Source: Amphiscolops sp. MND2022
Taxonomy: Eukaryota
DNA: 64,000 bases
Assembly: GCA_964187785.1 (NCBI GenBank)
Contig: OZ076421.1
Span: forward strand, 8,122,001 to 8,186,000
Direction of reading: 5' to 3'
Shown here: positions 52,001-64,000 of the stretch, one piece after another
Layout of the letters: every line of letters starts with the position of its first letter
Numbering within the stretch: the first letter of the stretch is position 1
Position numbers and translations under genes: made by a program
Notes under the pieces: model-generated
The model's input: the letters and a program-made list of their open reading frames with translations, nothing else
Told to the model about the DNA's origin: nothing
Databases searched by the model: none

Positions 52001-55000
52001 ACGGGGTCTTTTTCAAGCGACTTTAGTTGAACGAAAGCGGCATAATAGTTGTCCTGTAGGGCGTCATCATTAGCCCAAAGCAATCCCACTTGGTAGCGAG
52101 TACCGTCGTGGTACGTTGTGTCCTTCAGGATTTCCAGCGCTCGTTTGTCGGCAGTCGAACGCGGATCCACATGTTTCATCGCACCGAAAGACTCGATGTC
52201 ATACCAAGCGCGAAGCTGAGCCGGAAGTGAGTCGGGATTGGTATTCGCTTTGAAGCATGTGGCTATCAGACCGGAACTGGTTGGTAGAGGACCGCTCAAG
52301 ACCCATCCTAGAGGTAGAACGACTGCGACGGGGGAGTTTTTCAAATCGGACTCGAAATACTCCATCGGTCGGATAGCTTGAAACGCATCCTTTCGCGAAT
52401 AAAACTCCACATCAGAGTAGCTGTATTTTTTGGCTTTTAACGGTGCAAAGTGTGGGTAAATGGATTGGACAGACGCAATATCGATGGCATCTGAGCCAGC
52501 GTTGATGTTGTCTTTCAGGTAGGGAGACAGTTAATAGGTCTCTCGTGATCCGTCGAGACTCGACAAATTCAGCTCCACCATTTCAGTATTAACAACTTCT
52601 TGGGAGTTGATACCCTTTACTGTCGAACAAATGGGTCGGCCTTCGAGTTTCAGATCCTGGGCGTGCTTCCGTGTCATCCACGAATGACTACACGCCAAAT
52701 CGCAGCAGAGTGCCCCCGCTGTTTGTGAACCATTGGAGCTGGATAGATTCACTTTGACTATCTCCAGTGGTCCCTTCACATCGGACTTGGACGCAAGGGT
52801 GACTGAAGTCAGAGAAAAAATGCAGTCATGAGGATTTTGGGTGGATGATTCACTGGAGTTGTTCAAGCTCTGGCTCTGTTCAACGGGTTTTGTTCGGCTC
52901 GGGAAAATGCGTTCGGCTGCTTGTAAAAGAGTATTATGACTACTTGCGCATCCTTCCTTCGTACACTTACGTGGATTCGGACATTGGCGGAAACTATGCT
53001 CGTCGTTTAGGTATAAAAAGCACAGTTTGTGTTGAGCAATTATTTTTGCTCTCTGCGTTGGTTTTTTTCTTTGAAGACTGCTTACCGCCATACTGGATGA
53101 CGTCCTATGTAAGCGATACAAGGCTTGAACGTTTTGATAGGGACACTGTTCTTGACGGACTTTGTGTCTCTCGATGACTCGACATCGGAAGAAAATTCCA
53201 TCCAGATTTTTGGCTTGGGTCCACTTTGAGCAGACGCGTCCCTGCTTGCTGTTTTCTGGGTGGCTTGCATCCTGTCGTGGGCCTCTGACGTTTCTTGGAG
53301 CCAAGTTTTGAAATTGAGAAGTGTTGATCAAAACAAGTTCCGCTTAACAGTGAGTAAAGACCACCCCACTCTCATATTAGGCGGCAATTTACTATTTGCT
53401 TGGTTCAAAAGTGAAGCACTGCAGAGGTCGGATTCGTAAGACAGTGACTGAAACACATTGACAAGGCTACTGATTGTGTAAGCGTAGCCTATGATACTTT
53501 CAGAACTATGCATCTTTACAGCAGGGTAGGTTTCGAGCTTGTCTAAATAAGCCCCCACAACAGCTTGTGGCTGACAGAATTTTTTCTCCAATGTTTTCAA
53601 TGCTTCAGTGTACATAGCGCCGCATTATGTGAAGTTTGCGAAGGCTGTTTTCGATATTCCAGTTACCAAGGTTTCGAGATATGTTAACTTCACATCTTGA
53701 CTCAATCGAGTCGAATCTACAGCGGAACGAAGTTGTCCATACCACTCATGCCAGTTCAGTGGGTTTCCGTCATACGTATCCAATTTCCACTCCGGGAGAG
53801 GATCTTTCCTGCTTATTGTGAGCAGTTCTGCTTGGTCTTTTATTGTCATCTTGGTATTCAACCCTAGCTGGCAGATTTGCAAACTTTGCGGCTGTACACA
53901 TGGCTAGAAATTCACAAGGTTTGCCATCGTTCCCGCTCCAGTGTTTGATGAGCCAAGTAATGTAGGATACACAGTACCGCTCTGGGTTACAGGGACGTAT
54001 GTTGTTGCTATCGTAGGTGCAATTGTCAGTACGATACATATGCCGCAAAAGTGGAGTTTATCATCAAGTGTAAAGTGTATTTTCCGTAAAACGAGAGCGA
54101 ACCGTATTCTAGTCAAACAGTGCATAGTGCAAAGTTCACTAGTGTACAGTGTACAGTGCATAGTGTACAGTCCAAGTCACACCGTGTAACGAGCAAAAAA
54201 AGTAACGCGTGTTTGAAACAGTGACGCGTTTTTTTTGGCTGTTAATCGAACTAGCAAGATCTTGCTAGTTCGTTGCGGCATATATATCGTAATTGTTGAA
54301 GCCGCTGCGATTGTAACTGGTTTCTGTGTTAGCGCGGTTTGCTGTGCTGTCGAGAAGTTCCAAGACGACAGATTAGGGGTATAGTTGACTATTGGAGTTT
54401 TAGGTGGCAGTGCGCTGAGTGTTCCATTCGTATTCAACGCAATAAGGGGTGTCCGTGGAACTACCTGCGCAATCGGTGTTATACCGGCATGATTCACAAT
54501 TGATTGTACCTGATGAACAATGTTCCGCGTAAGAGCTATCGAGATCAGTTGCGCTTCGATGCCATTTGGTTGGGTCAAGGAAGTAGCAGTCATGTTAACA
54601 AGTGGTGGCGTTGTTGGCGGCAAATTTAAGGAAACCGGATTCGTTTGACCATCAGCAGACAATTGCGGAGATTGGTTTTTAATCGGAGGGTTGTTCATGA
54701 GTGGAGCTTGAGGCTGATAGAAATGTGATGTTCCGGCAACATATAGGGTGTCGAATTTATTGGGGAAGTTCTCGAGCTCTGCTGTTGTTACATGAATGTT
54801 AAGATCAGCTGTGGAAGTGTTAATAACCCAGTTATTGATTCGGTCTAGGTCTCGGGTTTCACTGAAAGCCAAATCAGGGTCAACCAGAATCTCACTGACT
54901 TCCGAAGCGTCTTCCTGGAGCTCAGCCTCATCCAGGTTGCTTCGGCTAACATCTGTCTATTGCTCTCCTCCAACTCTAAAAGCACCAAGCGTTTCTTCGT

Positions 55001-55537
55001 TTTTTTCAGAGGCAAGGCAGCTTCGTTTTTTCTCTCAATCTCCTCTCGTCGCATTTTCGCCAGAAGCAACTCCTTCTTCCGTTGACTGGAAGTTTTTGAC
55101 TAGTTCGTCGCTACTGTGCTTGATTTCTTGGAAACACTTGACTGAGCTTTTGACGTAGTAGACTTAGGTTTTTGTTACGATGAATGGAGGTTTCCGGAGG
55201 TTTCCTCAACAGCAGGTTCCTCGTCGAGAGAATCAATCTAATGGCGGGCTATGCTCAAAAATCTATCATTATTAGAAGTCAGCCCTCTGAGCCATGTTTC
55301 AAGCTCCGCTTTCACCGTGTCGGACTCATTTAATTTCCTCGCGAGATGTCAAAGCTCCCTATTTCTGGAGACAGCGGCAGTTAGTTGCTCCTCACAAGTG
55401 GAAACAAGTCATTCGACTTTTACTCTCCCGCATTTCTTTTGGACGGATTCTTCAATCCCTTTTTGAGCTCCTTCCAATTCGACTTGGAATTTAAATCTAG
55501 CCTGGCATAATTTAGTGGCTTTAGCTTCCAAAGACAT
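49100..55537 (-). pseudogene. BEL gag-pol polyprotein remnant
   Basis: Same motifs as copy 1 plus the coiled-coil N-terminus (LLLAKMRREEIERKNE) and Cys/His knuckles (KLCF..NDEHSFRQCPNPRKCTKEGC..SHNTLL). Confidence 0.88.
54032..54289. mobile_element. Second copy of the 258-bp MITE
   Basis: Same TIR (one mismatch) and TA flanks. Confidence 0.85.
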
Positions 55538-56806
55538 TATTGAATCTTTAGATGGGTAAATTGGGTGGGAATGATTGTTCTACTTCACGGAACAATCTTA
55601 AGCGCTCAAGTGCTTCGCCTATAACCCAGGAGTAAACCGAGGTCACCGGCTCAACACAAAGAACGCGACAAAGATTATAAGTACGGCGAAAAAGTACTTT
55701 CGGGAAAGTTGGAGCAGTCCGGGGGCGGAAATACGTGAAAGATAACGTTTAGAAAATTTATCGGTGAAAGAAAAGTACACGCAATATATCTGAAAAAAAA
55801 CGTAAGTCGGGTGCTCCCCCCATAACCAACGAGTGTACCTCAGACACAAGGGACACGGAAAACACTTTTCTCAGCCACGACGCTTAAGTTTTCACTGTAC
55901 ATCAACACCAAGAACAAAGACTTCAATTCTGAATCAGGCCGCTGCTGCAGTGAGGAGTATTCCCGTTGCAAAGTTTTATTACGCACTTTGCGTTTGGAAA
56001 GAAAATTCGAAACGTTCAATGAAAAAACTGTGATTTTCAATGTTCGAAAGATATCAGGGACATCCTTACGACGGCAGTACACCACAGCTCTCAAACGTTT
56101 TTGATAATGTGAAAGAATTTTCAAATGTTCAGGAACACCATAGCGGTCTTTTTCTGTTACTTGAGTGTTTGCTCAAAGAGTTATTCAACACATCATGACA
56201 TAAAATAAAATTTTCCGCGTTTGAAGCAATTATTCAACAGGAATTGAATATTTTTCCTTTTATTGAAGGCCATTGGGTTACAACTCAACCCAGGTACAGT
56301 TAAAACACGCTCGTGATTCGTTACGAGTGTTTTTTGGCACAGTTTCTATTGCGTGATGGAGCGAGCCAACTCCTAAGATGAACACCATCAACTTCTATTC
56401 GAGCCGGCGATAGGTATGGCTAGGACTTTCAATTAAACTTGAGTTCAAGAGATTAGTCCTTTGTCCTCTGAACAAAAACAACGAATATACACATTAGCAA
56501 CGTGGATTAGAAAAGGGACAAGGGATAAAGTTTTTGAAGTATTGGATTTTGTTTTTCAATCAAAAAGTTTCAAAGTTTGATTTCATTTAGCAACCCTTAG
56601 TGTACTCAGCTGAACATGGGTTGTTGTAGCTGTGGGTTCAACCGTGCACATGAAGAGCTCTGTTGATCTGATGCAAACTTCGGAAATGACAGTCCGAAGT
56701 TAGGTCGTGAGATGTTGACGGTTGAGGAGTCACTTCCACGTCGAAAATGTTGGGTGGGACATAATCAGTTCGGGATGGTAGCTGATCCCGAGTCGGGACT
56801 TCAAAA

Positions 56807-57274
56807 TGTTTCCTCTAAGTCTGCCGGGTCGGTGAGTGAGAGACAATGTTGTTAAAATAAAAATAAATTTCGAAATAACTTGGTCGAAATACAATGCTCA
56901 CGCTTTGAGATTCATTCATGAACAAACACGGATAGGCGTTTGAGCCTGCAACGGTTCAGTGAACACAAAATGGCAGCTTTAATATAGTAAGTACATGAAG
57001 TTTAGCACCTTTAGCACCGATTATGCAATGTTTATCAATAGTGCGTACAATTAAATGTCAGTCATTTTTACATGTCAAATAAATTCAGAGGGCAAACGTT
57101 TTGCGTTTATGTTTTATGGTTAATCAAAAGTGAGAATCGGTTCGCCCGAACCGTTCTTTGGCGGGTTCGAAAACTCATCGGTAACGTGAAGGTCAACGTT
57201 TGTACCGTAAGGCTTTGGTATTTTAGTTAGGTGAAACACAATTCTCATTTTTTGTTGACAAACAATAGTCAACA
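56807..57274 (-). repeat. BEL 5' LTR
   Basis: Aligns with 41082-41590 and 48476-48984. Confidence 0.8.
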
Positions 57275-57830
57275 GTCAATTTTGTCTATTGGGGCGAATT
57301 GAAGTGGTTTAGTTGTAGTTTTCACTCCGATCTTCCTTTTTTATTCCGGATGACGACCTTTGGTGCAACTATTTAGATATCCAATTTCATTTCCTCCCAT
57401 TCTTTTGAACACTGATATACTCCCATGCAACTCTGGGACTATTTCTCAGTGATTGCAGAATTAATGGTAGCTAGTATTTGAGAATTTAGTTCCATTCTTT
57501 ATCTCTTTTAATTTTCTAGGCATTTGGGAATTCAATCCCTCTTTTATTGCCCTGACTGTTTCTACAGTTACTCCACTATTCCCTCTACTAATGCTGCTCA
57601 ACAGTGACTTAAAATTGGGTAACAGTACTGTCTTGTAATTCCACTGACACTGAGTCAGTTTCTGCTATTGCAACCTCTGGTTCATCTACAAATGCTTCTT
57701 CGGTGAAAATTATTAGCATCACATCTTCCAAGTCAGACATTACGTCAGACTGTCTAGAGTGTTTTTCGTTTGCTTTCTGACTTCTTGTTGAAGGCATAAC
57801 AAAGAATCGTACGGTTTCCAAATTCAATTG
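57275..57830 (-). pseudogene. E3 LTR remnant encoding a Gag N-terminus
   Basis: MPSTRSQKANEKHSRQSDVMSD matches E1 MPSTRKQKAKDRRSRELDMLSD; NSQILATINSAITEK matches QSQISSAISSAISER. Confidence 0.75.
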
Positions 57831-57889
57831 GACTAGATCGATTAACAGAACAATATGATAATTGAGAGTATACGTATGGTTGTAGGAGT

Positions 57890-57925
57890 TGAATGAATGA
57901 ATGAATGGATGAAAGAATGAAGGAA
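57890..57925. repeat. Degenerate (GAAT)n microsatellite next to the gap
   Basis: gaatgaatgaatgaatggatgaaagaatgaagg. Confidence 0.8.
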
Positions 57926-58064
57926 NNNNNNNNNNNNNNNNNNNNNNNNNNNNNNNNNNNNNNNNNNNNNNNNNNNNNNNNNNNNNNNNNNNNNNNNNNN
58001 NNNNNNNNNNNNNNNNNNNNNNNNNNNNNNNNNNNNNNNNNNNNNNNNNNNNNNNNNNNNNNNN
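57926..58064. other. Assembly gap (139 N)
   Basis: Run of N. Confidence 1.
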
Positions 58065-58106
58065 ACCAATCTTTAATTAGGAGGGTTAATGTTACATATA
58101 CTGTAT

Positions 58107-61100
58107 AGAGCGTCCCTCCCTACATCTCCTTTGAAACTTGTGAGTGAAACTTTCATTATGAAAAACTTTGCTTTGTTCATTTTCAATTCACTTTTTTCCT
58201 CTTTTTGGACTAGAACACAGTACCAGATGAACGCATTTTCTGTTCTACTTGAAGTAACGCTGCTTATTGTTCAATTTCAACAAATTTACAGCCTCATTAT
58301 CTAACATAGCTATTAGAGGTACTCGTTTACATGTAAACTTTGATAAAAATACAAATTCGTAAAATATACTACAGTACAAAATGAACTTCCTTGACTAAAA
58401 ATAAATGTTTTGGTGTACTGCTGCAGTCCACTTGACTTCCGGTCCCAAATGCAATTATATCTGTAATACTCCAGGTGGAAGCGTAGAGTTGTCATCTGAT
58501 GGACTGATTTGATGATTCGATAGCAGTTGCCAACAGCATGCGGCAGCTTGCGATAAGGATCCACATAAAAATTTTGTTCACACGATCGTTCTCTGTGAAG
58601 TTATGCATTCCTGATTTTGAAATCAAAGCACAATTTTTCGAGTCACAGAAAACAATATGTATGTACAAGCTTTGAACGATCGCTTAGTACGGTGGAAAGA
58701 GGTGGATAAACCTGCTACAATAGGGATATCTTACGTGGATGTCCCCCATCCACCACAATTTCATTTTCCCTCCACGGAGTCGTGCCCCGTAGGAGGAGGT
58801 CCCGCCCCAAGGAGGCTCTCCGACAAGTCCCTGACTCCCATTGCGGTCAGTAACGGGAATTTTGCGTTCAAACTTTGTTCTATCAACACCATCGCTTAAA
58901 CACCATACCACAACAATAAATAATAACCATATCCAAACAATATCAGGTATTCGGCAAAATCCTCATTTAGCTCATAAGCTGGGGCTCCACAGGCCCAGGT
59001 TTGTAATACAGGCAAAAATGCCCGTTTTTTACAAAAGTGCAATCAACATATTAAGTAGAATTTTGCGAAAACAGTAAAATCAGCCTCAAATGAGTAATTC
59101 TAGCACCTGTTAAAAGAGTCTTCTTGCTCTTTCTGTCTGATTTCGTCTTAGATCCAAAATGGTTGAAACAGCGAAAAGAGGAATCACATGGCCAATCGTA
59201 CGTCAAAATCTGAAACAAAATTATTTTCCACCAGTTTCTGAGTTTTTTCATTTCAGGCTGTTAGTGAGAGCGCAATGCATCAGAGGGTGCCGTTAATTTG
59301 ATTTGAACATAATTACAGTCAAAATGAATGAAAAATATTTTGAATTGAGGAAAAACAATTCAATAGAAGTGAAGTTATTTTTCAGTTCTGGAAATAACTT
59401 TACCATTAGGCTAATTTGAAGAAAATGTAAAATTCTCTTGAAAGTTTTGATAGTGGTGTGGGGAGGGGGATGTCGCAACCCAGGAGTTGCGTGGGACCCG
59501 GTGTGCAACAATAATTGAAGGAAAACAGAGCGTCCCTCCCTACATCTCCTTTGAAACTTGTGAGTGAAACTTTCATTATGAAAAACTTTGCTTTGTTCAT
59601 TTTCAATTCACTTTTTTCCTCTTTTTGGACTAGAACACAGTACCAGATGAACGCATTTTCTGTTCTACTTGAAGTAACGCTGCTTATTGTTCAATTTCAA
59701 CAAATTTACAGCCTCATTATCTAACATAGCTATTAGAGGTACTCGTTTACATGTAAACTTTGATAAAAATACAAATTCGTAAAATATACTACAGTACAAA
59801 ATGAACTTCCTTGACTAAAAATAAATGTTTTGGTGTACTGCTGCAGTCCACTTGACTTCCGGTCCCAAATGCAATTATATCTGTAATACTCCAGGTGGAA
59901 GCGTAGAGTTGTCATCTGATGGACTGATTTGATGATTCGATAGCAGTTGCCAACAGCATGCGGCAGCTTGCGATAAGGATCCACATAAAAATTTTGTTCA
60001 CACGATCGTTCTCTGTGAAGTTACGCATTCCTGATTTCGAAATCAAAAGCATAATTTTTCGAGTCACAGAAAACAATATGTATGTACAAGCTTTGAACGA
60101 TCGCTTAGTACGGTGGAAAGAGGTGGATAAACCTGCTACAATAGGGATATCTTACGTGGATGTCCCCCATCAACCGCAATTCCATTTTCCCTCCACGGAG
60201 TCGTGCCCCGTAGGAGGAGGTCCCGCCCCAAGGAGGCTCTCCGACAAGTCCCTGACTCCCATTGCGGTCAGTAACGGGAATTTTGCGTTCAAACTTTGTT
60301 CTATCAACACCATCGCTTAAACACCATACCACAACAATAAATAATAACCATATCCAAACAATATCAGTTATTCGGCAAAATCCTCATTTAGCTCATACGC
60401 TGGGGCTCCACAGGCCCAGGTTTGTAATACAGGCAAAAATGCCCGTTTTTTACAAAAGTGCAATCAACATATTAAGTAGAATTTTGCGAAAACAGTAAAA
60501 TCAGCCTCAAATGAGTAATTCTAGCACCTGCTAAAAGAGTCTTCTTGCTCTTTCCGTCTGAATTCGTCTTAGATCCAAAATGGTCGAAACAGCGAAAAGA
60601 GGAATCACATGGCCAACGGTACGTCAAAATCTGAAACAAAATTATTTTCCACCAGTTTCTGAGTTTTTTCATTTCAGGCTGTTAGTGAGAGCGCAATGCA
60701 TCAGAGGGTGCCGTTAATTTGATTTGAACATAATTAGAGTCAAAATGTGTGAAAAATGTTTTGAATTGAGGAAAAACAATTCAATAGAAGTGAAGTTATT
60801 TTTCAGTTCTGGAAATAACTTTACCATTAGGCTAATTTGAAGAAAATGTAAAATTCTCTTGAAAGTTTTGGTAGTGGTGTGGGGAGGGGGATGTCGCAAC
60901 CCAGGAGTTGCGTGGGACCCGGTGTGCAACAATAATTGAAGGAAAACAGAGCGTCCCTCCCTACATCTCCTTTGAAACTTGTGAGTGAAACTTTCATTAT
61001 GAAAAACTTTGCTTTGTTCATTTTCAATTCACTTTTTTCCTCTTTTTGGACTAGAACACAGTACCAGATGAACGCATTTTCTGTTCTACTTGAAGTAACG

Positions 61101-63874
61101 CTGCTTATTGTTCAATTTCAACAAATTTACAGCCTCATTATCTAACATAGCTATTAGAGGTACTCGTTTACATGTAAACTTTGATAAAAATACAAATTCG
61201 TAAAATATACTACAGTACAAAATGAACTTCCTTGACTAAAAATAAATGTTTTGGTGTACTGCTGCAGTCCACTTGACTTCCGGTCCCAAATGCAATTATA
61301 TCTGTAATACTCCAGGTGGAAGCGTAGAGTTGTCATCTGATGGACTGATTTGATGATTCGATAGCAGTTGCCAACAGCATGCGGCAGCTTGCGATAAGGA
61401 TCCACATAAAAATTTTGTTCACACGATCGTTCTCTGTGAAGTTACGCATTCCTGATTTCGAAATCAAAAGCATAATTTTTCGAGTCACAGAAAACAATAT
61501 GTATGTACAAGCTTTGAACGATCGCTTAGTACGGTGGAAAGAGGTGGATAAACCTGCTACAATAGGGATATCTTACGTGGATGTCCCCCATCAACCGCAA
61601 TTCCATTTTCCCTCCACGGAGTCGTGCCCCGTAGGAGGAGGTCCCGCCCCAAGGAGGCTCTCCGACAAGTCCCTGACTCCCATTGCGGTCAGTAACGGGA
61701 ATTTTGCGTTCAAACTTTGTTCTATCAACACCATCGCTTAAACACCATACCACAACAATAAATAATAACCATATCCAAACAATATCAGTTATTCGGCAAA
61801 ATCCTCATTTAGCTCATACGCTGGGGCTCCACAGGCCCAGGTTTGTAATACAGGCAAAAATGCCCGTTTTTTACAAAAGTGCAATCAACATATTAAGTAG
61901 AATTTTGCGAAAACAGTAAAATCAGCCTCAAATGAGTAATTCTAGCACCTGTTAAAAGAGTCTTCTTGCTCTTTCTGTCTGATTTCGTCTTAGATCCAAA
62001 ATGGTTGAAACAGCGAAAAGAGGAATCACATGGCCAATGGTACGTCAAAATCTGAAACAAAATTATTTTCCACCAGTTTCTGAGTTTTTTCATTTCAGGC
62101 TGTTAGTGAGAGCGCAATGCATCAGAGGGTGCCGTTAATTTGATTTGAACATAATTACAGTCAAAATGAATGAAAAATATTTTGAATTGAGGAAAAACAA
62201 TTCAATAGAAGTGAAGTTATTTTTCAGTTCTGGAAATAACTTTACCATTAGGCTAATTTGAAGAAAATGTAAAATTCTCTTGAAAGTTTTGATAGTGGTG
62301 TGGGGAGGGGGATGTCGCAACCCAGGAGTTGCGTGGGACCCGGTGTGCAACAATAATTGAAGGAAAACAGAGCGTCCCTCCCTACATCTCCTTTGAAACT
62401 TGTGAGTGAAACTTTCATTATGAAAAACTTTGCTTTGTTCATTTTCAATTCACTTTTTTCCTCTTTTTGGACTAGAACACAGTACCAGATGAACGCATTT
62501 TCTGTTCTACTTGAAGTAACGCTGCTTATTGTTCAATTTCAACAAATTTACAGCCTCATTATCTAACATAGCTATTAGAGGTACTCGTTTACATGTAAAC
62601 TTTGATAAAAATACAAATTCGTAAAATATACTACAGTACAAAATGAACTTCCTTGACTAAAAATAAATGTTTTGGTGTACTGCTGCAGTCCACTTGACTT
62701 CCGGTCCCAAATGCAATTATATCTGTAATACTCCAGGTGGAAGCGTAGAGTTGTCATCTGATGGACTGATTTGATGATTCGATAGCAGTTGCCAACAGCA
62801 TGCGGCAGCTTGCGATAAGGATCCACATAAAAATTTTGTTCACACGATCGTTCTCTGTGAAGTTATGCATTCCTGATTTTGAAATCAAAAGCATAATTTT
62901 TCGAGTCACAGAAAACAATATGTATGTACAAGCTTTGAACGATCGCTTAGTACGGTGGAAAGAGGTGGATAAACCTGCTACAATAGGGATATCTTACGTG
63001 GATGTCCCCCATCCACCACAATTCCATTTTCCCTCCACGGAGTCGTGCCCCGTAGGAGGAGGTCCCGCCCCAAGGAGGCTCTCCGACAAGTCCCTGACTC
63101 CCATTGCGGTCAGTAACGGGAATTTTCCGTTCAAACTTTGTTCTATCAACACCATCGCTTAAACACCATACCACAACAATAAATAATAACCATATCCAAA
63201 CAATATCAGTTATTCGGCAAAATCCTCATTTAGCTCATAAGCTGGGGCTCCACAGGCCCAGGTTTGTAATACAGGCAAAAATGCCCGTTTTTTACAAAAG
63301 TGCAATCAACATATTAAGTAGAATTTTGCGAAAACAGTAAAATCAGCCTCGAATGAGTAATTCTAGCACCTGTTAAAAGAGTCTTCTTGCTCTTTCCGTC
63401 TGATTTTGTCTTAGATCCAAAATGGTTGAAACAGCGAAAAGAGGAATCACATGGCCAATGGTACGTCAAAATCTGAAACAAAATTATTTTCCACCAGTTT
63501 CTGAGTTTTTTCATTTCAGGCTGTTAGTGAGAGCGCAATGCATCAGAGGGTGCCGTTAATTTGATTTGAACATAATTACAGTCAAAATGTGTGAAAAATA
63601 TTTTGAATTGAGGAAAAACAATTCAATAGAAATGAAGTTATTTTTCAGTTCTGGAAATAACTTTACCATTAGGCTAATTTGAGGAAAATGTAAAATTCCC
63701 TTGAAATTTTTGATAGTGGTGTGGGGAGGGGGATGTCGCAACCCAGGAGTTGCGTGGGACCCGGTGTGCAACAATAACTGAAGGAAAACAGAGCGTCCCT
63801 CCCTATATCTCCTTTGAAAACTGTGAGTGAAACTTTCATTATGAAAAACTTTGCTTTGTTCTTTTTCAATTCAC
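58107..63874. repeat. Tandem array of a 1421-bp unit, four copies plus about 85 bp
   Basis: ORF coordinates recur at 1420-1421-bp spacing; few substitutions between units. Confidence 0.95.
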
Positions 63875-64000
63875 CTTGGAGGTCATGTAGATGATTTGTG
63901 TAAATTAAATTGAAAAAAGTCTAGTTTTACGGACTGTTGAGAACTTATAGTTGCATAAAACCCAGGCCAGAGTAGAAAAACACGTGCTAATGAGCAATAT

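Larger units (their letters stand above)
39573..54329. repeat. 7.4-kb tandem duplication (39573-46964 and 46968-54329)
   Basis: Paired ORFs at about 7.39-kb offset; junction ...TTCTGTGT-gca-ACTGATGC. Confidence 0.92.
48476..57274 (-). mobile_element. BEL/Pao LTR retrotransposon, full-length but decayed
   Basis: 3' LTR 48476-48984, PPT 48985-48995, gag-pol remnants, 5' LTR 56807-57274 (TGTT...AACA); LTRs clearly diverged with indels. Confidence 0.85.

Noticed and set aside
56302-56336. Hairpin with TTCG loop in the BEL leader
   Set aside because: Single imperfect hairpin with no second copy to test conservation.
56780-56806. BEL primer binding site
   Set aside because: TTTTGAAGTCCCGACTCGGG lacks TGG and could not be matched to a tRNA.
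57842-58108. ORFs spanning the N run
   Set aside because: Artefacts of translating the gap.
58735-58765. snRNA-like Sm site plus 3' hairpin (AAATTGTGG; GTGGATG-GGGGA-CATCCAC)
   Set aside because: Both are disrupted in units 2 and 3, and no U1/U2/U4/U5/SL 5' sequence is present.
58313-63869. Recurrent 66-120 aa ORFs in the tandem array as genes
   Set aside because: They overlap on both strands and recur only through near-identity of the units; no motifs.

Overview
Eukaryotic (animal-like) repeat-dense DNA with one host exon, the first coding exon of a GT14 core-2/I-branching GlcNAc transferase (8007-8567, +). Almost everything else is nested retroelements. E1 (1-7514, -) is a nearly intact Ty3/Gypsy element. 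E3 is an old Gypsy remnant that hosts three later insertions. E4 (9960-24904, -) is a decayed Gypsy with a gB/chuvirus-type env and several accessory ORFs. E2 (25639-41012, +, TSD ATGAC) is a Gypsy carrying an antisense, intron-containing gene that looks like a catalytically dead hAT transposase, plus a divergent ORF running into the 3' LTR. The third insertion is a BEL/Pao element (-) that contains a MITE and is partly copied in a 7.4-kb tandem duplication. The window ends with an N gap and about four copies of a 1421-bp tandem unit. In the Gypsy elements the Gag N-terminus (about 115-200 codons) is encoded inside the LTR and reads through the PBS, and an A_AAA_AAC frameshift site sits at the gag end. 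All homology calls are by-eye motif recognition; no database searches were run.
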